Of a stretch of 64,000 nt of DNA, positions 48,425 through 57,888 are shown one piece after another (position 1 is the stretch's first letter; every line of letters starts with the position of its first letter). The position numbers and the translations under genes were made by a program. This DNA is from an uncultured Gammaproteobacteria bacterium (GTDB taxonomy: Bacteria > Cyanobacteriota > Vampirovibrionia > JBFMGH01), in assembly GCA_964517135.1 (NCBI GenBank), contig CAZFBA010000017.1, positions 12,605 to 76,604 of the forward strand. The letters run 5' to 3'. A model generated the notes under the pieces. The model did no database searches. It was given only the letters and a program-made list of their open reading frames with translations, and was not told the origin of the DNA.

Positions 48425-49105
48425 ATGGCAGAACAGGAAAAATTAAAAGATAATCCGGCAATTGAAAAACCTTCTGTGACAGTTGATATAGTTATTTTTA
48501 CTGTCCAGGATCAGGATCTTAAAGTATTGCTCATTAAAAGAAAAACCCCGCCTTATAAAGACAGCTGGGCGATACCTGGCGGTTTTATTCGCATTAGAGA
48601 AACTCTTGATCAGGCCGCCTTAAGAGAACTTAAAGAAGAAACTGGTGTTGAAGATGTCTATCTGGAACAGCTCTATACATTTGGAGATCCTGATAGAGAC
48701 CCCAGAACAAGAGTTATTACAGTATCATACTATTCTCTGGTCAGTTTTGATAAACTAACTCCACGTGCCGGTGAAGAAGCTGAAGAAGTAAGCTGGTTCA
48801 GTTTAAAAAACCTGCCAAAACTCGGGTTTGACCACGATGTTATTATTGAAAACGCACTTGAAAGGCTCAGGACAAAGCTAAGCTATTCAAATGTAGTGTT
48901 TCAACTTTTACCGGATGAATTTACACTCACCGAACTTCAAAAAGTTTATGAGATTATTCTGGATAAAAAACTCGACAAAAGAAATTTCAGAAAACGTGTT
49001 ATGTCTATGAATATACTTCAAGAAACCAGCAAAACCAAAATGGAAGGCTATCATAGACCTGCCAAGCTCTATAAATTTAAAAACGATGAGCTATTGCCAG
49101 AATAA
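48425..49105 (+). CDS. nrtR: NrtR family Nudix transcriptional regulator
   Basis: Nudix box GGFIRIRETLDQAALRELKEETG and wHTH tail LPDEFTLTELQKVYE...DKRNFRKR...PAKLY. Confidence 0.92.
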   Translation: MAEQEKLKDNPAIEKPSVTVDIVIFTVQDQDLKVLLIKRKTPPYKDSWAIPGGFIRIRETLDQAALRELKEETGVEDVYLEQLYTFGDPDRDPRTRVITVSYYSLVSFDKLTPRAGEEAEEVSWFSLKNLPKLGFDHDVIIENALERLRTKLSYSNVVFQLLPDEFTLTELQKVYEIILDKKLDKRNFRKRVMSMNILQETSKTKMEGYHRPAKLYKFKNDELLPE

Positions 49106-49180
49106 TTCAGATGTTATAATAAACAAACCGGCTGATCTGAGCGAGCAAAGCACGTCTGCGAAGACAGCAAACAAGCTGTC

Positions 49181-49258
49181 TACTAAACAACACAAAAGAA
49201 TTAAACAACTCTAAATTACCCGCCATTTATCTTCAGAAATCTGATTACTTGTGACGTT
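49181..49258 (+). repeat. Family C repeat, long form
   Basis: Aligns with the reverse complement of 16751-16825. Confidence 0.7.
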
Positions 49259-49283
49259 AATTATAGCAGTATTAAAGAAAACA

Positions 49284-49412
49284 TATACCATTCCACGTAA
49301 ATAATTAATATATGCTGATGGAATTCAGTAGGGTGTTTTTGCCCGCACAGCGGGCAAAAACACCCGGCCTCTATAATCTGGAATCTATACATTACTTTCA
49401 AGGATCAGTATA
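49284..49412. mobile_element. Family B element, copy 2 (129 bp)
   Basis: Near-identical to 14476-14603; perfect 16-bp hairpin 49331-49365. Confidence 0.8.
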
Positions 49413-49435
49413 AGAGGCTAATATTCAGCAAAACT

Positions 49436-49462
49436 ACCGGAGCGAACTTAGTTCGCTCCGGT
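49436..49462. repeat. Perfect 12-bp palindromic hairpin
   Basis: ACCGGAGCGAAC-TTA-GTTCGCTCCGGT. Confidence 0.7.
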
Positions 49463-49782
49463 GAGAGTTTTATTTCGGGCTAATTCAGATATCCAATAAA
49501 CTATTGTCATTACGAGGAGGGCTTTTAGCCCGACGTGGCACAGTCACTCCCCCCTGAAACCCTACTTTAGCGAGTGAACAGAAGGTATAAATACTGCAAC
49601 CCTTGCCTGGGCAAGCGAACGAAAACTTGAGAGAGCGTGCGAAGACAGAAAAGCAATTTTAGTCCAGTGCGGTCACTCACCCCGAATTGAAGGGCGGGAG
49701 GGTTGGGAACTTGCTGAGAATGAAGTTTTCAACTTATGCACTGATCATTCTGTATAGAAAGCAATTGCTTTAAGAAAGAAGA

Positions 49783-49799
49783 GGGGTGTAATACACCCC
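49783..49799 (-). terminator. Probable terminator of the protease gene
   Basis: GGGGTGTA/TACACCCC stem followed by a pyrimidine run on the minus strand. Confidence 0.55.
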
Positions 49800-49828
49800 C
49801 CGGGAAGCTATAACTGATAAATATGGGT

Positions 49829-51568
49829 CTATACTACAACCGGATCCTCAATTTTTGGTACTTTTACAAGTACATTTGAGCCACCCGGCATTCTGTAAAC
49901 GGTGGGCTGGGTTACGCTTCCACCTTTATCCTGTGCTTCTTCCATTTTGCTTAGATGATTCATTGCATCTTTGATAGCATCCTTAATTTCGAGAGAAGTT
50001 GTTTTGTTTTCTCCGGCATAGAAGAGTTGTCCTTTTTTGTCAAAGCCAAGTGTCAGGCCATCATAAAGATGAAGTGCATACTGCTCTGTTCCATAAGGTA
50101 ACTCAACTGTTCTCGGTGCTTTCATCTGAAGGAATGTTTCACCAAAGTCATTGGTATAAGCACTTTCTAACTGATATTTGTTTTCTGACGGTAAATTCAA
50201 AGCAGCTTTTTGTTTATTTACAAAGGTTTCAATAGCTTCTTTTGAATTCATAACCATTGAAGGCAGCTTCAATTGTGGTAATTGAGCCTGTTTAGTTTCC
50301 CATTCTTTAATAGTTTCAGGCTTCATTATTTCTCTATCAATCAACACTTTCTTCAATAAATCTTTGTATTGACCGTTAAAGTCTGCTTGATCAGCTTTAA
50401 GAAGTGCCTCAGCTATATTGTCAAAGTATACGTTTCCAGGAGGTGAGAAATCACCCATTGCTCTGGCAAATATCTTGGTAAGATCATCTCTTGTCTTAAC
50501 CAGAGCATCTTTCAGATCCATATTTTTAGAATGTTTGGCTGCTGATTCGGTGATAATGTCATAGAAGAATGCTCCAAAGAGTCTTCCGAAGTTGTGAACT
50601 TCTTTAGATTCTCTGCCAGACTCAAAATCAGACATCTTGAGGTCATTAATAGCATTTCTTAGATATAATCTATCGCCATATACAGCCTGACCAAATTGCT
50701 CTGCCAGAGATGCAATCAGGTTTTCTTTTCTTAGATCTCCGCCAGTATCTTTGATTACACGATCGAGTATTTTTTCATCCTGCATTGATAATAACATTGC
50801 AGTACTATCACCAAAGCCTTCATGTATTGCTCCACCGTGTGAACCCCAGCCTATATAGCTTGGTCTTAGGCCATCAAGAACAGCATGCCCTGCTTCGTGT
50901 GTTACAACATCTGCCATCTTTGATGTATAGCATTTTTCCTGCGGGTTTGTTCTGCTGTTAAAGTAGAACAGTTTAATAACCTGATCCCAGCGGCTGTAAT
51001 AAGCATTCATTGTAACCCCTGCCAGCGGGTGAACTTTTATCTGCTCACTCGGAAAAGCCCAGTCGATCTTACGTCCCAGAGCATTTTCATAGGTATTAAG
51101 CGTCTTTTGAGCAAATGTATAAGCGTTTACTCTGTCAAACTGCGGTGATTTTACATCAGGCAAATAGTTTCCATTAGCATCGGGTTTTGCAACTTCGCTC
51201 TTATCAACAGTTTTTACTCTGCTGCTTTCTGGTCCCGGAGCTACTTCACCTTTTAAGGTATAAACTTCTGGCTTTGAAACCAGTGGATCCTGCGGGTAAA
51301 CCTTGTATTGAACGACTGGCTCTTTATCCATTTCTTTCAGTGGACTGGTTTTAACCAGATTTAATTTTGCTTCAGGGTGAGCTTTTAGCCCTTCAGGCAA
51401 TGTCGGAACCACCAGATTACCTGCAAAAGCAATTGATGGAATTGACATAAAAGAAAGCTTTGAACTTTTCAAGCTTTCCTGTGCTGGTTTTGAGTTTTCA
51501 CTATCTTTTTTGGCTGCTTTATTCTTGTGTAATAAAGCACTAATTCTTCCCGGTAATTCAACCTTCAT
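49829..51568 (-). CDS. Gluzincin metalloprotease (M4/M36-like), no signal peptide
   Basis: NAYY, VVTHEAGHAVLD, AIHEGFGD, EVHNFG. Confidence 0.85.
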   Translation of the reverse strand: MKVELPGRISALLHKNKAAKKDSENSKPAQESLKSSKLSFMSIPSIAFAGNLVVPTLPEGLKAHPEAKLNLVKTSPLKEMDKEPVVQYKVYPQDPLVSKPEVYTLKGEVAPGPESSRVKTVDKSEVAKPDANGNYLPDVKSPQFDRVNAYTFAQKTLNTYENALGRKIDWAFPSEQIKVHPLAGVTMNAYYSRWDQVIKLFYFNSRTNPQEKCYTSKMADVVTHEAGHAVLDGLRPSYIGWGSHGGAIHEGFGDSTAMLLSMQDEKILDRVIKDTGGDLRKENLIASLAEQFGQAVYGDRLYLRNAINDLKMSDFESGRESKEVHNFGRLFGAFFYDIITESAAKHSKNMDLKDALVKTRDDLTKIFARAMGDFSPPGNVYFDNIAEALLKADQADFNGQYKDLLKKVLIDREIMKPETIKEWETKQAQLPQLKLPSMVMNSKEAIETFVNKQKAALNLPSENKYQLESAYTNDFGETFLQMKAPRTVELPYGTEQYALHLYDGLTLGFDKKGQLFYAGENKTTSLEIKDAIKDAMNHLSKMEEAQDKGGSVTQPTVYRMPGGSNVLVKVPKIEDPVVV

Positions 51569-51959
51569 TATAATCCCCCCAAATTTTTATGCCCACACGT
51601 ACATGATTAATCGTAATATAATATTTTCCTCTCATTCCCCCAATGTTATGTAAGAAATTTTTATCATTTTAATAATACTACGATTTAGAGTAGGTTAACA
51701 TAAAAACATCTATTTTGCGATAGTTCGAAGAGAAAGAAAGGGGGTTTTGTAAAGAAATATAAACCAGTCTTATATACATTAAATATAAATATGCACCATC
51801 TTAATAATAGAATTTTTGAGTTTTTGCTATGACTGCATTAAGGTAAAATTGTATAAGCAAATGCACAAATCTTAAATAAAATAGAAATAAGTTCAATTTT
51901 TTTTATCGACAATAAAAATTCTAAATGTTTATACTATTTAATAAAGAGGAATCCTAACC

Positions 51960-53237
51960 ATGATCAGACCAATGACAATCGTAGAAAAGATACTAGCACA
52001 ACATTCTGAAAATAAAACCGTGTCTCCTGGCGATCTGGTGTTTGCAAAGGTGGATGTTATTCTTGCTAACGATATTACAGCACCGGTAGCGATAAAAGAA
52101 TTTAATAAAATAGGGGTGGATAAAGTCTTTGATAACGAACGTATTGCCCTGATACCGGATCATTTTACCCCTAATAAAGATATAAAAGCAGCTACTCAGG
52201 CTAAAATGGTCAGGGAATTTGCTCGAAAACATAACCTGAAGCACTACTATGAGGTAGGTCGTATGGGTATAGAGCATTCTTTGCTACCTGATAAAGGCAT
52301 TGTTGGCCCCGGAGACGTAGTTATTGGCGCTGATAGTCATACCTGCACATACGGCGCAATTGGTGCCTTTAGTACGGGCGTTGGTTCTACTGATGTTGCT
52401 TCTGCTATGGCATTAGGCAAGGCCTGGTTTAAGGTTCCACCTACAATAAAGTTTATTTATAAAGGAAAACTTAACAAGTGGGTTACTGCTAAAGATCTCA
52501 TACTTCATACTATTGGCGATATAGGTGTTGATGGCGCCCTTTATAAAGCCATGGAATTGACAGGTGAGGTTATTGAAACCCTGTCTATCGACGGTAGAAT
52601 AACTATGTGTAACATGGCCATCGAAGCAGGAGCCAAATGCGGCATTATTATACCGGATAAAATTACCGAAGAATACGTTAAAAATAGAACACTGAGAGAT
52701 TATAAATTTTATACCAGTGACCCTGATGCAGAATATGAAAAAGTCATCGAATACGATTGTTCTCAAATTGAACCTACCGTAGCCTTTCCTCATCTGCCAG
52801 AGAACGCTAAACCAGTATCTCAGGCCAGTAATATTAAGATAGATCAGGTTGTAATAGGCAGTTGTACCAACGGTAGAATAGAAGATATGCGTCTGGCAGC
52901 TGAAATATTGAATAATAATAAGGTACATGAAGATGTCAGGCTAATTGTGATACCTGCTACACAGGAAATATATATGCAGTGCGTTAATGAAGGCCTGACC
53001 CGCATCTTTGTCGAAGCCGGAGCAGCCTTTAGCACGCCAACCTGTGGCCCTTGTCTTGGTGGCCATATGGGCATACTTGCAGCAGAAGAAAGAGCAATAT
53101 CAACAACTAACAGAAACTTTGTTGGCAGAATGGGTGACCCATCATCTGAAGTATATCTTGCCAGCCCGGCAGTTGCAGCTGCTAGTGCTATAACAGGTAA
53201 AATAACTCATCCAGCTGAGATTATGGCTAAAGTCTAG
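51960..53237 (+). CDS. leuC: 3-isopropylmalate dehydratase large subunit (LeuC/HacA type)
   Basis: [47 protein letters not shown]. Confidence 0.92.
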   Translation: MIRPMTIVEKILAQHSENKTVSPGDLVFAKVDVILANDITAPVAIKEFNKIGVDKVFDNERIALIPDHFTPNKDIKAATQAKMVREFARKHNLKHYYEVGRMGIEHSLLPDKGIVGPGDVVIGADSHTCTYGAIGAFSTGVGSTDVASAMALGKAWFKVPPTIKFIYKGKLNKWVTAKDLILHTIGDIGVDGALYKAMELTGEVIETLSIDGRITMCNMAIEAGAKCGIIIPDKITEEYVKNRTLRDYKFYTSDPDAEYEKVIEYDCSQIEPTVAFPHLPENAKPVSQASNIKIDQVVIGSCTNGRIEDMRLAAEILNNNKVHEDVRLIVIPATQEIYMQCVNEGLTRIFVEAGAAFSTPTCGPCLGGHMGILAAEERAISTTNRNFVGRMGDPSSEVYLASPAVAAASAITGKITHPAEIMAKV

Positions 53238-53267
53238 CCTGAATTTATTATAAAAGAATTGAAAAAA

Positions 53268-53293
53268 GGCCTGATTTAATAAATTTTCAGGCC
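53268..53293. terminator. Hairpin between convergent genes
   Basis: GGCCTGA/TCAGGCC with an A-run on the left. Confidence 0.55.
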
Positions 53294-53387
53294 ATTCACA
53301 AACTATAGTGAACAAATAATTTTCTAAACGTCTTTAAAATACGTTTACTATAACTATCCTTCCAAAAAAACTTATTTATAGAGGTTT

Positions 53388-53582
53388 TTAGCCTCTAAAA
53401 TCAATTTGCTTGCCCTGATCTGCCTTCTTGCCACAGCATCCACAACCTTTACAGCCTTCACAACCGCCTTTAGGCTTTTCTATGTGACCAAGAAAGCTCA
53501 TTTCTGGTTTTTGAGCCTCTGCCTTTGAAAATGGCATTTGGGCCTTTACGTTTTGAACTAAATTTGTTACTGGATTTGCCAT
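53388..53582 (-). CDS. Small Cys-rich protein, 64 aa
   Basis: SD GGGGGA; GGCEGCKGCGCCG cluster; downstream hairpin. Confidence 0.8.
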   Translation of the reverse strand: MANPVTNLVQNVKAQMPFSKAEAQKPEMSFLGHIEKPKGGCEGCKGCGCCGKKADQGKQIDFRG

Positions 53583-54099
53583 AAAATTGATCCCCCTGAT
53601 TGAATAATCTCAATATGTTTTAAGGATGCTAAAAATAATATTTGATATACAGACAATAATTCTTTTACAAATCTTATAATCAGAAAATCTTATTGATAAT
53701 AATAGTCATTACAACAATACATTATCCCGAATTATTCATCAATTTACAGTCTATTTATTCTAGAGGGTTTAAAAGATGTATTCTTTAGACATCAATTTCT
53801 ATAACTGTTTCAGGTCAATTTATTAATAGTTAATGAATTAAATGGGTTATAAATCTCTTTGTCGACAATATGAAAAACTCTCTATTTATAGTATCCTTAA
53901 ATATATTAGTAACTATATAAAAATATCAGACAGTTTTATTTTGTTTCTTTAATTTAACTTACTGTAAAATTTTCTAATCCTTAACAGATATTATGACAGG
54001 TTTTAATACATCTAAATAAAATCTTTTAACGGACATCAGTGATTTTGTTTTATAATTGTATAATATTCATTTTGAATCATTAAAAGGGTTTTAGTAATA

Positions 54100-54555
54100 A
54101 TGGTATCTGAAGACAAAGTATCCAAAAAATATACAGTACTCGTAGTAGATGATGAACCTGAAAATGTCAAGTTTTTACAGAGAACATTGAGAAAAAATTA
54201 TAATGTTGTTGGCAAATATAGCCCGTTTGAAGCTCTGGAATATCTGAAAGAAACCTATGATGACGTTGCACTTATTATCAGTGACCAGAGAATGCCTGAT
54301 ATGACAGGCACAGAGTTTATGGCAAAATCAATCGAAAGTCACCCCTATACTGTTAAGGTTCTTTTAACAGGTTACACCGATATAGAGGCAATGATTGACG
54401 CCATTAACAGGTGTGAATTATTCTATTATGTAAACAAACCCTGGGATCCTTCACAGGTGCATGAAGTTGCTGAAAAGGCTATTGAACGTTATGAACTTAA
54501 TTTGCTCAAGAATTATTATTATTTTACTCATCATAAGCAAAAAAACAAAGAATAA
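54100..54555 (+). CDS. Single-domain response regulator (receiver)
   Basis: LVVDDE, ISDQRMPDMTG, LTGY, KPW. Confidence 0.93.
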   Translation: MVSEDKVSKKYTVLVVDDEPENVKFLQRTLRKNYNVVGKYSPFEALEYLKETYDDVALIISDQRMPDMTGTEFMAKSIESHPYTVKVLLTGYTDIEAMIDAINRCELFYYVNKPWDPSQVHEVAEKAIERYELNLLKNYYYFTHHKQKNKE

Positions 54556-54763
54556 TGCTTTTTATAGGCCATAAGACTGTTTGGGTTATCTGCAAAAAAT
54601 ACTCTGCTAAAGGTTTTTTGCAAATTAATTTGGTCTGAAGGTCTGCTTTAAATGTTAAAATCAATTTCAGAATCGATTTTTGTGTTTTAATAGGTTTAGA
54701 ATAATTATCAATCGGCTACCAGTAATATATCTCTCGATAAAGTAACCAGTGGAAAGGTGGGCT

Positions 54764-55771
54764 ATGAAGAAACAAATTACTTTAATATTCATCATAAGTA
54801 TGATGATAGTACTAATAATGCCGCTTAATGCTTATTCAAAACAAGAAACCAGGCAGGAAGACCTTCCTGAAAATAAGACATTGGAGACAAAACCACCTCA
54901 AAGTGCAGAATATTATAAGAACCAGGGCAATAAATATTTTCAAGAAGGTGATCTGGCAAAAGCAAGAGAAAATTATGACAGAGCGTTGCTTGTTGAACCA
55001 GATAATTTCAAAGTTTTACATAATGTCGGGGTAGTTTATTTAAGAGAAGATAACTACGATATGGCTATTGAATATTTTGAAAAGGCTTTAAATATAAAAG
55101 ATGATGATGTAGAAATACACAATAAGCTTGCCTATAGCTATATTGAAAAAGGTGACATAGATAAAGCAATAGAATCATTTGAGAAAAGCTTATCACTTGA
55201 TTCTGAAAATGACTTTGCTCTCTTTACCCTGGGGTTTTTATATAAAGAAAGTGGCAATTATGAAAGGGCAATAGAAACACTTAATAAAGCTATTGCTAAT
55301 AACCCACTTGAAAGTCGTCTTTATAGTGAGCTGGGTTCGGTATATTATGCCTTAAATAACTTTGATGAAGCTATTAATACACTTAACAAAGCACTTTCCT
55401 TAAATAGTGATGATGCTTTTGCTTATTATTACTCAGGTTTGTCTTATGCAAAAAAGAAAGAGTTCCTTAAAGCTATTGAAATGCTTAACAAGTCAATTGC
55501 CCTTGATGATAAGAACTTTGATGCTTATAAGCGTGTTGGGTTTCTTTATTATGAAGCTGAAAACTATGATAATGCTTTAAATAACCTTGAAAAAGCAGCA
55601 GAACTTAACCCCGAAGATGTTGATACACTTGTAGGTATTGGCGTTTGCTATATAAAAAAAGATAATAATCAGAAAGCACTTGAGATTTATAATAAAGCTA
55701 GATTACTCAGCCCTGATAATGGCTTTATACAGATGAAAATTAATCTTCTTGAAAAAGAAGTCAATAAATAA
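54764..55771 (+). CDS. Exported TPR protein
   Basis: Signal peptide followed by about 8 TPRs; ATG 54764 preferred over GTG 54749. Confidence 0.88.
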   Translation: MKKQITLIFIISMMIVLIMPLNAYSKQETRQEDLPENKTLETKPPQSAEYYKNQGNKYFQEGDLAKARENYDRALLVEPDNFKVLHNVGVVYLREDNYDMAIEYFEKALNIKDDDVEIHNKLAYSYIEKGDIDKAIESFEKSLSLDSENDFALFTLGFLYKESGNYERAIETLNKAIANNPLESRLYSELGSVYYALNNFDEAINTLNKALSLNSDDAFAYYYSGLSYAKKKEFLKAIEMLNKSIALDDKNFDAYKRVGFLYYEAENYDNALNNLEKAAELNPEDVDTLVGIGVCYIKKDNNQKALEIYNKARLLSPDNGFIQMKINLLEKEVNK

Positions 55772-55779
55772 TGAAAATG

Positions 55780-56547
55780 TTATTCTTTATGTTCTAACTG
55801 GCCTGTTTTTCTAAATGTAACAATCAGGTATGTCCCAAAACAGGCTAATTTGCTGTGCTGTAGTTTGTTATCAATATGCTTAATAACTGCTGATAAAACA
55901 GGAACACTATAAAGAAAGTTAAATATACCTGCAATAATTAGCCCCTCAGTTTTTTCAATAACTAAATCTTCAGGTAAATAACTCTTTATAAGCTTTAAGT
56001 CGTCATATCGTATATATCCGCTGTTAAGCTGATTTTTTTTACCTGGCTTAAGTTTATTTAGAAAATACCTGATACACCTGGAATTGTAAAATTCTAACTT
56101 TAAGAGTCCTCCAGGTTTTGTAACTCTTGAAAACTCTTTTATAACTTCTGTTACATTTTCTGTATAAGGTAAAAGCTTAAAAGAATAGACAAGATCAAAA
56201 TAATTATCCTCATAAGGTAACTTATCAGGCGGTGCTTGCTGAACGTTAAGCCCTTTATTTCTTGCCAGTGATAATTTTTTGTCTGATGAATCTGTTCCGT
56301 GAGCTTCTTTTGCTATCGTTGATACAGGAAACAATATAATTCCTGTTCCACAACCGGCTTCAAGTACTATTTGATCATAAACAAAACCTACTATACTGGC
56401 CACTTCAAGCTCATCGACCAGTATATGATATCTGTCATGTCGCTGTTGCTCATATGTCTCCGAGAAAAACTCGTTAAGCTGATTGCCTACACCCAAATTA
56501 TCTGTCATAAAGGAATTCCTGGTAAAGTTTTTCATACTCACAGGCAA
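55780..56547 (-). CDS. Class I SAM-dependent methyltransferase
   Basis: VLEAGCGTG, LPYEDNYFDLVYS, RVTKPGG. Confidence 0.9.
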   Translation of the reverse strand: MPVSMKNFTRNSFMTDNLGVGNQLNEFFSETYEQQRHDRYHILVDELEVASIVGFVYDQIVLEAGCGTGIILFPVSTIAKEAHGTDSSDKKLSLARNKGLNVQQAPPDKLPYEDNYFDLVYSFKLLPYTENVTEVIKEFSRVTKPGGLLKLEFYNSRCIRYFLNKLKPGKKNQLNSGYIRYDDLKLIKSYLPEDLVIEKTEGLIIAGIFNFLYSVPVLSAVIKHIDNKLQHSKLACFGTYLIVTFRKTGQLEHKE

Positions 56548-57625
56548 TAAATTGCATATTGAAACGTTTTTCTATTATATCTCTGCTTATTTCACCCCTG
56601 TTTTTACAGAGTTCTTCAGAGTCTATAAGATTAATAATTCTTCTGGTTATTGAAGTTACATCATCAGGATCCAGTACAAATTCTTTATCATCAACTATAA
56701 CCTCATCTAAAGGACTGGCATTACTCAGTATAATTGGCTTTGAAAAAGCCATTGCTTCCAGCAATATCAGTGGAATATCTACTTTACTAAAGAGTGCCTT
56801 CACCGGAAACAAGAATACATCTGCGGCCTGAAGAACTTCATACATATCTTCAACCTGATTAAATATTCTTACATACTTTTCAATACCCAGATCAATTATA
56901 TATTGCCGTAATTCGGTTTCTTTCAGTCTGGTTTCCTCTGAAAAACTGCGAAAAGTAAGTATGTATCTTACATCAGGGTATCTGCTTACAACCGGAGGAA
57001 TAGTTTCTATGACTCCTTTAGCAGTGTTTGAAAAGTCATAATCTCCAGGATACATAACAATAAAGTTATTCGAAAGGTTATGCCTGGCCTTAAAATCAGA
57101 TTCTTTTAACTTACTTTGTTCTATTTCTTCAAGGTCAACACCGGGATTAATTTTAACAATATTCTCAAAGCCTTCTTCAGCAAGAGTTTTATAAGTATGA
57201 TCTGACAAAACAAGTGTTTTACTGGCAAAAAGCAAATGTTTTATAGGTTTTAAATTAATCGGTGTACGTGTTACAGTCTGGATAGTAGGCTTGTTTTTAA
57301 GACCCGTAAGATGTTTTAAAACTATTGATGACTTAACATTAGGAGTAAATATAAAATGGAAAAGATCAATCTTCTTCCTAGCTGTTATCAGGTGAAAAAG
57401 AGCCTGCAAATCTTCAGGAATAGATGGGGTATAATCTTTTGGTGTCTGATAAATATCCTCACTGATAACATTGGCCTTCTTAAACTTATATCCTTTTGGT
57501 GTAAGTATTTGAAATCTAACGTTATTAACATAATTAATAATGTTTTTAGCCAGGTTTTTTGTGCCATCCTGCCAGGGTGGTGATATTGGTTTAGATACTA
57601 TAAGAACGTTTCTGGTTTTTTTCAT
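56498..57625 (-). CDS. Glycosyltransferase family 4
   Basis: INPGVD, AADVFLFP, PLILLEAMAFSKPII. Confidence 0.9.
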   Translation of the reverse strand: MKKTRNVLIVSKPISPPWQDGTKNLAKNIINYVNNVRFQILTPKGYKFKKANVISEDIYQTPKDYTPSIPEDLQALFHLITARKKIDLFHFIFTPNVKSSIVLKHLTGLKNKPTIQTVTRTPINLKPIKHLLFASKTLVLSDHTYKTLAEEGFENIVKINPGVDLEEIEQSKLKESDFKARHNLSNNFIVMYPGDYDFSNTAKGVIETIPPVVSRYPDVRYILTFRSFSEETRLKETELRQYIIDLGIEKYVRIFNQVEDMYEVLQAADVFLFPVKALFSKVDIPLILLEAMAFSKPIILSNASPLDEVIVDDKEFVLDPDDVTSITRRIINLIDSEELCKNRGEISRDIIEKRFNMQFIACEYEKLYQEFLYDR

Positions 57626-57888
57626 AGCAATTCAGGTTTAAAACTATATACTATTCATAAAATCATTTTTTAATTTGTGCAAGTTTATAATGAAAAACAA
57701 TAATTTTTAGCAATGTTTTTTAAAGGAAACCACAAATACAGCAACCTTTAACAGGAGGATTGTTTTCAAAAGCCTGCAATAATAGCTATTATTAACTCAA
57801 AGGGCTGCTAAAAGTATTTGGGCAGTGAAAAACGGCCTGCCTATTTTTAAGTTCATTTGTAAACGAATAATGAAGGCTCTTAGCAGAT

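Noticed and set aside
53388-53582. Calling the Cys-rich peptide a SCIFF/ranthipeptide precursor
   Set aside because: Only the GGC start resembles SCIFF; Cys spacing differs and no SPASM radical SAM gene is adjacent
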